Part shown: positions 1 to 7,617 of the stretch, piece after piece | Numbering within the stretch: the stretch's first letter is position 1 | Layout of the letters: each line of letters starts with the position of its first letter | Origin: Candidatus Heimdallarchaeota archaeon | Lineage (GTDB): Archaea > Asgardarchaeota > Heimdallarchaeia > Heimdallarchaeales > Heimdallarchaeaceae | DNA: 10,657 bases | NCBI GenBank assembly: GCA_019057375.1 | Contig: DXJF01000023.1 | Location: forward strand, 1 to 10,657 | Reading direction: 5' to 3' | Notes under the pieces: model-generated | The model's input: the letters and a program-made list of their open reading frames with translations, nothing else | The model's database searches: none | What the model was told of the DNA's origin: nothing | Program-made: the position numbers and the translations under genes

Positions 1-1
1 T

Positions 2-1210
2 GCAAGGGGTACGTTTCAATTTATATTTAATGAGAAAAATAAGATAGTACCAGTTATCATTCCTGATACACAACCAAATCAAACAATAGAAGAAATGGCT
101 GCTTTATCTTTTTTCAATTACGAAGCATTGTTTGGCTTATTATCTACTCAAGAGAAAATTCCTCTCAGGAAACTTGCTACTCTAATGAATAGAAAAGTTG
201 ATGAGGTCTTAGATGGTGTAATGAATCTATATCTAGAGGGATTTGTTACTTGTACATTAAAGGGTGCTACAATTTATGTAGATAGCCTCAAAAGGTATAG
301 CAGAGCTCAAGAAGGATCCCTTGAAAGATGGGAAAAAATTGTACTGGGTATGATAATTGCAAAAACATATATCACTACCAAAGATATCGAAGACGCATTA
401 GGAATAGACAAAAATCATGCTAAAGAAAGAATGTATGGTTTTTATGGAAAGGGATTAATCAAAGGTAATATCACTGGAAATAAACTTGAGCCTGAAGAAA
501 TTCCTATATTTCCGCCTTTGATTCAATTAGATGACCTTCCAATTCATTATCAGGAAATTTTTGGTTATATTATTTCGAACTCTAGAGTTTCATTTAGGAA
601 TATAATGAAATTCTGGGAAAAAACACTTGTTGCATCAAAGAACATTGTTTACGAATTAACAGGTTCTGGTCTGATGAATATATCTTTACGTGGAAGTACT
701 GTAACAATAGTTTCAAGCCAAAAATTCCTACCAAATAAACAGTTGAACGAACTAGGTGAAATTTACTCTAGAGTTGTAAATGAGATTGAAAAATCAAGAA
801 GAAAAAGGATTAAGTTAGCAACAATTGCAAATTCTGTTGGAATGGAAACTTTAGATTTGTTTAAGTTGTTATGCCAGCTAATCTCCCATGGTTATTATAA
901 AGGAGTTTTAACTTCAGCTTATTTTGAAAGAGTTGGCAAAATAGTATTACCAAAGGGTAAAAATTATTGCCTTAATTGTGGACATGTAATAAAATCTTCA
1001 ACTGAACCATGCAGTAATTGTAGACTGTTGCATCAAAAATGTATGGTTTGTCAAGGATTAATTAAGAAGGGCGATAATGTGAAGGAATGCCCAACTTGTA
1101 ACAATGTTGCTCATGATGATCATTTAGAACAATGGATGAAGATAAAACAAGAATGTCCGATATGTAAAACTAGAATTTCGAAAAGAAATCTAAAGAAATA
1201 TGCAGCATAA
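2..1210 (+). CDS. 5'-partial tandem winged-helix (PCI-like) protein with C-terminal Zn ribbon and RING-like finger; putative E3-ligase-like protein
   Basis: The frame of the ATG at 95 is open back to base 2 (ARGTFQFIFNEKNKIVPVIIPDTQPNQTIEE-M), so the gene probably starts upstream of the window. Four ~55-aa units end in a 'helix-(L/F)xxxG(F/L/Y)-beta' wing pattern (LYLEGFVTCTL, FYGKGLIKGNI, LTGSGLMNISL, LISHGYYKGVL). They are followed by CLNC-x10-CSNC (968-1021) and CMVC-x12-CPTC-x4-H-x2-H-x3-W-x6-CPIC (1040-1165). Confidence 0.75.
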   Translation, partial: ARGTFQFIFNEKNKIVPVIIPDTQPNQTIEEMAALSFFNYEALFGLLSTQEKIPLRKLATLMNRKVDEVLDGVMNLYLEGFVTCTLKGATIYVDSLKRYSRAQEGSLERWEKIVLGMIIAKTYITTKDIEDALGIDKNHAKERMYGFYGKGLIKGNITGNKLEPEEIPIFPPLIQLDDLPIHYQEIFGYIISNSRVSFRNIMKFWEKTLVASKNIVYELTGSGLMNISLRGSTVTIVSSQKFLPNKQLNELGEIYSRVVNEIEKSRRKRIKLATIANSVGMETLDLFKLLCQLISHGYYKGVLTSAYFERVGKIVLPKGKNYCLNCGHVIKSSTEPCSNCRLLHQKCMVCQGLIKKGDNVKECPTCNNVAHDDHLEQWMKIKQECPICKTRISKRNLKKYAA

Positions 1211-1222
1211 TGGTTGGTTTTG

Positions 1223-1534
1223 ATGGAACTACATAAAATACAAAAAGAAATATATAATTTTCTAAAGGAAAGAAACTGGTTCAAATATTCGCCAAATGAT
1301 GTTCTTATCCATTTGTACGAGGAATTAAGTGAAATTGGAAAACATCTATTATTCAGATCAGAGTATAAAGAAGAAGGGGGTCATTCAAAACCTAATGAAA
1401 AAGAATTGCCGAGGGAATTTGCCCAAGCTTTTTCATTGTTCTTACAACTCTGTATTCTGCTTGATGTTGATTTGGAACAAGCATGGAAAAATGAGATAAA
1501 AATAATGAGAGAAAGATTTCCTATAGATAAATAG
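1223..1534 (+). CDS. MazG-like nucleotide pyrophosphohydrolase family protein (103 aa)
   Basis: Small helical protein with 'LHKIQKEI..F.KERNW' N-terminus, HLYEELSEIGK (EExxE) motif, ELPREFAQ second motif and 'LDVDLEQAW..EI..MRERFP' tail, all typical of MazG-like/dCTPase proteins. ATG at 1223 preferred over TTG at 1214. Confidence 0.75.
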   Translation: MELHKIQKEIYNFLKERNWFKYSPNDVLIHLYEELSEIGKHLLFRSEYKEEGGHSKPNEKELPREFAQAFSLFLQLCILLDVDLEQAWKNEIKIMRERFPIDK

Positions 1535-1561
1535 AAATAGCAACTCGGGAGAAGTTAGTGA

Positions 1562-2296
1562 ATGAGTGACAAAAAGAAGAGTAAACCTCGAAAGAAGAAG
1601 ACCACAAAAAAAATCTTTGTTGACGTTAAGAAGGCATCAAAAAGTTATCAAATGGGTGAGATTGAGGTTCAAGCTCTAAATAACGTGTCACTTTCTTTAA
1701 GTTTGGGGGAAATAGTTTCAATTGTTGGAGCTTCAGGAAGCGGTAAAACGACACTATTGAATGTTATTGGAGCTTTGGACTATGTTGATTCTGGATCAAT
1801 TAGCATTAACCGGAAGAAATTAAGTTCAATGAATGATAAAGAACTAAGCTTTCTTCGAAGAGATACCATAGGATATATTTTCCAAAATTTTAACTTACTA
1901 GAGGAAATTAATGCTGAAAAAAATATTGAAATGCCTTTAATTCTAGCTAAGTTAGAAAAAGAAGATCGTAAAAAGAGAGTTGAGGAATTGTTAGAATGTG
2001 TTGATCTTATTGAGAGAAGATCACATAATCCTGATCAACTATCTGGAGGGGAACAACAAAGAGTTGCAATAGCAAGAGCTTTAGCTAACAATCCAAAATT
2101 ACTACTTGCAGATGAACCCACAGGAAATCTAGATTCTATAACAGGAGAAAAAGTTCTAAAATTACTCATAGACCTGAGTAAAAATCGAAATAAAACACTA
2201 ATTTATGTTACTCATGACATAAAATCAGCCACTTTAGCTGATAGGCAACTATATATGAGTGATGGTAAAATTGTAAAAGATATTTCCACTAAATGA
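1562..2296 (+). CDS. ABC transporter ATP-binding protein, LolD/MacB/FtsE-type
   Basis: Walker [10 protein letters not shown]-loop [10 protein letters not shown], signature LSGGEQQRV, Walker [14 protein letters not shown]-loop YVTHD. GGGAGA SD-like motif upstream. Confidence 0.93.
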   Translation: MSDKKKSKPRKKKTTKKIFVDVKKASKSYQMGEIEVQALNNVSLSLSLGEIVSIVGASGSGKTTLLNVIGALDYVDSGSISINRKKLSSMNDKELSFLRRDTIGYIFQNFNLLEEINAEKNIEMPLILAKLEKEDRKKRVEELLECVDLIERRSHNPDQLSGGEQQRVAIARALANNPKLLLADEPTGNLDSITGEKVLKLLIDLSKNRNKTLIYVTHDIKSATLADRQLYMSDGKIVKDISTK

Positions 2297-2400
2297 GAGA
2301 TAGAGTGTCCTTTTACAATTGGAAATAACTTTTAAAGCTGTTACTTAACAAAATTATAAAAATAAATTTTATTTGTAAAGAAGCAGAGATTTGAAAGTTA

Positions 2401-4164
2401 GTGAAAAAAATGGGTTATAAAAGCTGGTTTCTGAAACATCTACTAAAAGAGAAATTACTATCCACAATATTGCTAGCATTTCTCTTAGTATTTATTGGAA
2501 CCGTCTCTATAACACCATTATTTATAGGAAATATTTTTAATGAACTAGCTAGTGAAAATAGCTCATTTAAAGCAATAGTGAGTATTGCTTTATTTATCGT
2601 AGGAGCGGGAGTAATCAGAGCAGTTGCAGATTTCACACAGAGTTATGCAAATGAGGTTTTAGCTCATAAAATTACCAAGAATGTTACTGAAGAATTCTAT
2701 GAAAATATGCTTGAGAAAAGTCAAGAATTTCACGATAGAATTAGAATAGGAGATGTGATGGCAAGAGCTACATATGATACACGTCAGATGAACATTTTCA
2801 TTTCTCCTGGAATAAAATTTCTATTTGAAGCATCTTTTACACTCCTCTTTTCGGTTTCTCTAATGATTTGGATCAGCCCAAAATTAACACTTCTTCTAGT
2901 AGCAGCTCTGCCTTTCTATGTCATAGCAATTTATGATTATAATAAAAAATTGCGTCCAATTTCTAAAGCTCAAATGGAACAAAATAGTCTTTTGAATGCC
3001 AGATTGCAAGAAAGTGTTACAGGAATCAGAGTGATTCGAGCTTTTGTGAAAGAAGAGAAAGAGATAAATGAGTTTGATGATGAAACAGATAAATTACGAG
3101 ACATAAATACTCGAAGAGGAATTCTTAGTGCACGTTATTATGCAGTTGTGATAACAGTGTTGATTATCGCTTTCAGTTTCTTATGGGGATCATATGAGGT
3201 AATTAACGGAGATTTAACTCTTGGTAATTTGATTACCTATGTCTTTCTAATGATGACTTTAATGATGCCTACTTGGCAATTTGGTTGGGCGATTACACAA
3301 TTTCAAATAGGAATGGCAGCTGCAAAAAGAATTTTTGAAATGAAAGAGAGAGAGGAGTATGTCCCAGAGTCTTCATCACCTATAGAATGGCAAAGTAAAG
3401 AAGGAACGATCAGTTTCATGAATCTCTCGTTCTCTTATAATGAAGGAAGTAGTAGAAAAAAGGCGCTGAGCAATATCAACCTAGAAGTTCCTGGAGGATC
3501 CACTGTAGCAATCATTGGTAATCCAGGATCAGGCAAATCCACACTAATAAAATTACTAATGAGACTTTATGATCCCACACAAGGGAGTATATTCATTGAT
3601 GGAGTTAATATTAAGGACATGCTTCTATCTGATCTCAGAGATCACATAGGTGTTATTGAACAAGAAGTATTTCTGTTCAGTAAATCAATTAGGGACAATA
3701 TAGCCTATGGAAAACCAAATGCAACAAAGGAAGAAATAGAAGAAGTTTCTGAATTAGCACAAGCTCACGAATTCATAATGAGTTTTGAAAAAGGATATGA
3801 TACAATTATCGGAGAGAGAGGGGTTACTCTTTCGGGGGGACAAAAACAAAGAATTGCAATTGCTAGAGCATTGCTAGTTGATCCTTCATTTTTAATTCTT
3901 GATGATGCAAGCAGTGCCATAGATGCAGAAACGGAAAGAAAAATCCAAACAGCAATAGCTAATGTATTAAAAAATCGAACTACCTTTATTATCACACACA
4001 GGTTAGCCACAATTAAGCATGCTGACCTAATCATAGTTTTGAGAAATGGTTTACTTAAGGACAGCGGATCCCATGATGAACTTATTCTAAGAAATATCGA
4101 CTACAGAAGATTGTTTGAAAGGTTTTCTGAGCTTCCACCAATGACAACAATGGAGGAGAACTAG
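2401..4164 (+). CDS. Type IV ABC exporter half-transporter (TMD+NBD), subunit with degenerate Walker B (TM287/TmrB/MdlA-like)
   Basis: About six hydrophobic TM segments, then Walker A GNPGSGKST, signature LSGGQKQR (from 3829), Walker B LILDDASSAID (Asp replaces the catalytic Glu, 3901-3906), H-loop ITHRL. Start is GTG 2401 or ATG 2410. Confidence 0.93.
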   Translation: MKKMGYKSWFLKHLLKEKLLSTILLAFLLVFIGTVSITPLFIGNIFNELASENSSFKAIVSIALFIVGAGVIRAVADFTQSYANEVLAHKITKNVTEEFYENMLEKSQEFHDRIRIGDVMARATYDTRQMNIFISPGIKFLFEASFTLLFSVSLMIWISPKLTLLLVAALPFYVIAIYDYNKKLRPISKAQMEQNSLLNARLQESVTGIRVIRAFVKEEKEINEFDDETDKLRDINTRRGILSARYYAVVITVLIIAFSFLWGSYEVINGDLTLGNLITYVFLMMTLMMPTWQFGWAITQFQIGMAAAKRIFEMKEREEYVPESSSPIEWQSKEGTISFMNLSFSYNEGSSRKKALSNINLEVPGGSTVAIIGNPGSGKSTLIKLLMRLYDPTQGSIFIDGVNIKDMLLSDLRDHIGVIEQEVFLFSKSIRDNIAYGKPNATKEEIEEVSELAQAHEFIMSFEKGYDTIIGERGVTLSGGQKQRIAIARALLVDPSFLILDDASSAIDAETERKIQTAIANVLKNRTTFIITHRLATIKHADLIIVLRNGLLKDSGSHDELILRNIDYRRLFERFSELPPMTTMEEN

Positions 4165-4165
4165 T

Positions 4166-6043
4166 ATGTCAGAAGAAGATGAATTCAAAAAATCATATGA
4201 TAGACAATATGCAGATATTGAACTATTAAAACGATTTTGGAGATATCTGAAAGTATACAAAAAATATCTTCTCTTTATAATAGTAGGTATTTTAGCAACA
4301 GCTGTTGTTACTATCCTCCCACCGTCTATGGTTCAAAGTGCTTTTGAAGCTTTGGCAGATAGAAACAAACCTTTCCCTCAAGCAATTGATTTTATGCCAA
4401 CATCACTTTTCTTATGGAAATTTCAAATAAACTTGTGGAGAGCTGTTTACCCTTATGCAATTGGATATGTTCTTCTATCATTATTTTTATGGTTAGCCCA
4501 AGTACTTCTAGGGATTATTGTAACCATTGTTTCACAAAGGATAATCAAACGCATTCAAATGGAAACCTATGAGAGTTTACAAGAACATGATTTGATGTAT
4601 TTTGACACGCAGTCAACAGGTCAAATATTGAGCAGAATAACAAATGATTCCCAAGAACTGAATGATATGATCAACGTTGTTTCACAGTTTGTAGCTAATT
4701 TCTTCATATTATTTGCAGTACTGATATGGATGTTCGTTGTAAATTGGAGACTGACATTTATTACACTTGGAATGGCTCCTTTTGTCTTTATTGTTGCTTT
4801 TTTCTTCAGAAGAATAACAAGATTAACCACTGGAAAATGGAGAGCAGCAATTGGAGAAGTAAATGCTTCTTTCCAAGAGAGTGTAGCGGGAATTTCAGTA
4901 GCTAAAGCATTTGGAAGAGAAAAAAAATCTAAAGAAGAATTTGAAGTGATAAATCAAGCAACCTTCTATCACGCAAAAAAAAGAGCTTTTGCGGTGATGG
5001 GAATCTGGCCTTTGATGGATGGCATAAGTACTATTGGAGTGTTTGGAATTACTCTCTACGGTAGTTGGTTATTTTTTGGAAGTTTAGCTTCGTCAGATGT
5101 TATTTTATTGTTCCTCCTACTTCTCAATAGATTCTTATATCCTCTTGTAAGAGTAGCATCACAGTTTTCAGTCATCCAAAGTGGTTTCGTAGCTATGGAA
5201 CGTATTTTCAGTATAGTTGATGCTAAAAAGGAAATCACTAATCCAGCTAATCCAGTCAGTAAAGAGTTGCATGGACAAATCACTTTCGAAAATGTTTATC
5301 ATCAATATGTTCAAGGAGAATCCGTATTGAAAGATATCAATCTTAAGATTCAACCTGGAGAATCTATCGCTGTGGTGGGTCATACAGGGGCAGGGAAGAC
5401 AACTATTGCTTCCCTATTGATGAGATTTTATGATATCTTCAAAGGTTCCATTAAAATTGATGGTGTTGATATTCGAGATTATGACTTGCATAATTTAAGA
5501 TCACAGATAGGCTTAGTAAGTCAAGATGTTTTTCTGTTTAGTGGAACTGTTCTAGATAATATTAGATACGGAAATCCTGAAGCAAGCTTATCACAAGTTC
5601 AAGAAGTTATCAATATAGTTTCAGCTCAAGAATTCATTGATGCATTACCTGATGGTTTAGAGACTGAATTAGGAGAACGAGGTAAAGGACTTTCAGCAGG
5701 TCAGCGTCAGATGGTTTCATTTGCTAGAACACTACTAACCGATCCTAAGATATTAATTTTGGATGAAGCTACAGCTGCAGTTGATGCTTATACTGAGAGT
5801 TTAATTCAAGAAGCTCTTGACAAGCTTCTAGCTGACAGAACTTCTATTGTAATAGCTCATCGTTTAACAACTATAAAGAATTCAGACAGAATCATAGTTC
5901 TTGATCAAGGTAAAATAGTTGAAGAAGGGAATCATGAGAGTCTTATGATTAAAGAAGGATTATATTCAGAGCTTTATGAGACTTACTTTAAACACCAATC
6001 TGCAGAATGGATAGCAGAAATAAGTGAGGTATTTACCGATTAA
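4166..6043 (+). CDS. Type IV ABC exporter half-transporter (TMD+NBD), subunit with canonical Walker B (TM288/TmrA/MdlB-like)
   Basis: TM domain, then Walker A GHTGAGKTT, non-canonical signature LSAGQRQ (from 5690), Walker B LILDEATAAVD, H-loop IAHRL. Starts 1 nt after the previous stop, with a GGAGGAG SD inside the upstream gene. Confidence 0.93.
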   Translation: MSEEDEFKKSYDRQYADIELLKRFWRYLKVYKKYLLFIIVGILATAVVTILPPSMVQSAFEALADRNKPFPQAIDFMPTSLFLWKFQINLWRAVYPYAIGYVLLSLFLWLAQVLLGIIVTIVSQRIIKRIQMETYESLQEHDLMYFDTQSTGQILSRITNDSQELNDMINVVSQFVANFFILFAVLIWMFVVNWRLTFITLGMAPFVFIVAFFFRRITRLTTGKWRAAIGEVNASFQESVAGISVAKAFGREKKSKEEFEVINQATFYHAKKRAFAVMGIWPLMDGISTIGVFGITLYGSWLFFGSLASSDVILLFLLLLNRFLYPLVRVASQFSVIQSGFVAMERIFSIVDAKKEITNPANPVSKELHGQITFENVYHQYVQGESVLKDINLKIQPGESIAVVGHTGAGKTTIASLLMRFYDIFKGSIKIDGVDIRDYDLHNLRSQIGLVSQDVFLFSGTVLDNIRYGNPEASLSQVQEVINIVSAQEFIDALPDGLETELGERGKGLSAGQRQMVSFARTLLTDPKILILDEATAAVDAYTESLIQEALDKLLADRTSIVIAHRLTTIKNSDRIIVLDQGKIVEEGNHESLMIKEGLYSELYETYFKHQSAEWIAEISEVFTD

Positions 6044-6065
6044 AAGTCTATTACAAAAACTGCAA
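5872..6065 (+). repeat. Direct repeat copy 1 (3' 56 codons of ABC exporter gene plus 22 bp); putative attL-type junction
   Basis: Aligns by eye to 7365-7558 with 5 substitutions (5879/7372, 5954/7447, 5995/7488, 6028/7521, 6037/7530) and two 1-nt indels after the stop codon; about 188/195 identical. The repeat is directly visible; the att role is inference. Confidence 0.95.
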
Positions 6066-6125
6066 GTTTTAGAATATTTCTGTAGTATGAACATCTATAC
6101 AATTAGAATACCGACCTTTATAAAA

Positions 6126-7334
6126 TTAACTTAGATTACCGAATTTTATGTTTTTTGCAGAATCTATTGCAGTAGCTATTGTCACTTGACATACTTTTTT
6201 AATGAAATCAAAGTCTAGCTTATCAATTGTATCTGCTTCTGTATGGTAAAATGGATATCTGAAATTTGCTGAATCAGTTATCATTAATGCAGGAATTCCT
6301 TCAAGCCAAAAAGGTGCATGATCTGATCTCAATAGATCAAAAAATCTCTTAGCTATTGTTTCAAAACTCAATGGTATTCTTATTCTTATATAAGGTAGTT
6401 GAATGGAATCATTTTTACATTGTTTGCTGAATGATTTTGCTAGCATTTTTGATTTTTTATCACTCACTACTGTGATGAAATTACCAATTGCTTTAAACTG
6501 ATTAACTTTGTAGCTGGGAAATAGAATTGGATGCATTAATGGTGGATAAATTTGAGAGTTTTTTCTTTTTGCGGTATAGCCTACAGTTTCATTATTTATA
6601 ACGCCAATTATTTCTCTCTTATCTCTCATAGCTTTTGCAACCCATTCACTGCTCCCAACCATTGCTGCCTTTCCTATCCAAGAGGTATAAGTGTCCTTAG
6701 AATATAGCTGACTTATAAATTCAAAATACTTCTTCTCTTGATCTGTAAGCTCATTCATAATCTCTTTTAATGCAAGTTCCCATGACTCTGCTAATGTTCT
6801 TCCCTTTGCTACATTTCTATAAACGAAATTAGAACACTCTTTATACATTTTTTGTGTATGATAAGTTAAAAACCTATAACTCTCATCCATTAATTCTAAT
6901 TCCTGTGCCAACTTTAGCTGTTTTAATTCTCTTGAAGGATTAAATTCTTCTAAAGTAAAACTTACAAAACGAATATTGTTAGTTTCCTTTTCTTTCGCTA
7001 AAATTCTAGCTGCTTCCAGCATTATTGCAATAGCAGATCCATTATCATTTGCTCCAGGTGCATTTATGACCGTATCATAATGACTAGTAATCAATACTTC
7101 TGGACCAGAACTATTTTCAAAATATCCTTCAATATTTCTAAAAGACTGATCAAAATCTTCAATTTTTAATACTTGTTCTTGAACTTGTAATCCATATTTC
7201 ATGAACTTATTTTTTATATAATCTGCTGTTTCATCCAATTTTTTTTGTGCCAATATTGGATGTTTAATTCCCTCAACATTCAAGATATGTTGGTATAATC
7301 TCTCTATATCAACCTGTTCAATAATGTCCTTCAT
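6126..7334 (-). CDS. M28 family metallopeptidase (402 aa) with ~94-aa internal insertion
   Basis: Motifs VLITSHYDT, PGANDNGS, FTLEE, INNETVGY, RSDHAPFW, YHTEADT. Start moved to ATG 7334 (MKDIIEQ) because the track start at 7388 lies inside repeat copy 2 and a TTTATAAA box sits ~29 bp upstream of 7334. No signal peptide is evident. Confidence 0.9.
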   Translation of the reverse strand: MKDIIEQVDIERLYQHILNVEGIKHPILAQKKLDETADYIKNKFMKYGLQVQEQVLKIEDFDQSFRNIEGYFENSSGPEVLITSHYDTVINAPGANDNGSAIAIMLEAARILAKEKETNNIRFVSFTLEEFNPSRELKQLKLAQELELMDESYRFLTYHTQKMYKECSNFVYRNVAKGRTLAESWELALKEIMNELTDQEKKYFEFISQLYSKDTYTSWIGKAAMVGSSEWVAKAMRDKREIIGVINNETVGYTAKRKNSQIYPPLMHPILFPSYKVNQFKAIGNFITVVSDKKSKMLAKSFSKQCKNDSIQLPYIRIRIPLSFETIAKRFFDLLRSDHAPFWLEGIPALMITDSANFRYPFYHTEADTIDKLDFDFIKKVCQVTIATAIDSAKNIKFGNLS

Positions 7335-7362
7335 CTGTAACATTAACATAAAGTTATACATG

Positions 7363-7370
7363 TTTATAAA
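7363..7370 (-). promoter_or_regulatory. Putative TATA box for the M28 peptidase gene
   Basis: Palindromic TTTATAAA 29 bp upstream of ATG 7334, consistent with a leaderless or short-leader archaeal transcript. It straddles the left edge of repeat copy 2. No good BRE seen. Confidence 0.4.
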
Positions 7371-7558
7371 GGATTCAGACAGAATCATAGTTCTTGATCA
7401 AGGTAAAATAGTTGAAGAAGGGAATCATGAGAGTCTTATGATTAAAAAAGGATTATATTCAGAGCTTTATGAGACTTACTTTAAACATCAATCTGCAGAA
7501 TGGATAGCAGAAATAAGTGATGTATTTACAGATTAAAGTCTATTACAAAACACTGCAA
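7365..7558 (+). repeat. Direct repeat copy 2; putative att junction of integrated element(s)
   Basis: Near-identical to 5872-6065. Homology begins abruptly at TATAAAG and ends at ACTGCAA; the flanks differ on both sides. Confidence 0.95.
7366..7536 (+). pseudogene. 3' fragment (residues 570-625 equivalent) of the ABC exporter gene 4166-6043
   Basis: IKDSDRIIVLDQGKIVEEGNHESLMIKKGLYSELYETYFKHQSAEWIAEISDVFTD* matches the exporter C-terminus except N>D, E>K, E>D. The 14 residues upstream of this in the track ORF 7324..7536 are unrelated sequence. Confidence 0.9.
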
Positions 7559-7617
7559 AGGACACCACCTTCTTGTTTACTCCAGATTTTCGAAAGGAGA
7601 ACTTGAAACAGCAGATA

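Noticed and set aside
2347-2377. Loose AT-rich inverted repeat upstream of the exporter pair
   Set aside because: Imperfect and almost all A/T; expected by chance in this base composition.
2415-5383. Antisense ORFs 2415..2636, 3765..4034, 4621..4830, 5056..5283, 5168..5383
   Set aside because: All lie wholly opposite well-supported ABC exporter genes and show no recognisable motifs; treated as shadow ORFs.
7335-7388. N-terminal 18 residues of the track's M28 ORF
   Set aside because: They extend into repeat copy 2 and across the likely TATA box; ATG 7334 is more plausible.
7324-7536. 70-aa + strand ORF as an independent gene
   Set aside because: Chimera of 14 unrelated codons (partly antisense to the M28 start) and the duplicated exporter tail; annotated as a fragment instead.
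5872-7558. Pure assembly artefact as the explanation for the duplication
   Set aside because: The copies differ by 5 substitutions and 2 indels, have sharp distinct flanks and abut a recombinase module. Strain-mixing misassembly is not fully excluded without reads.
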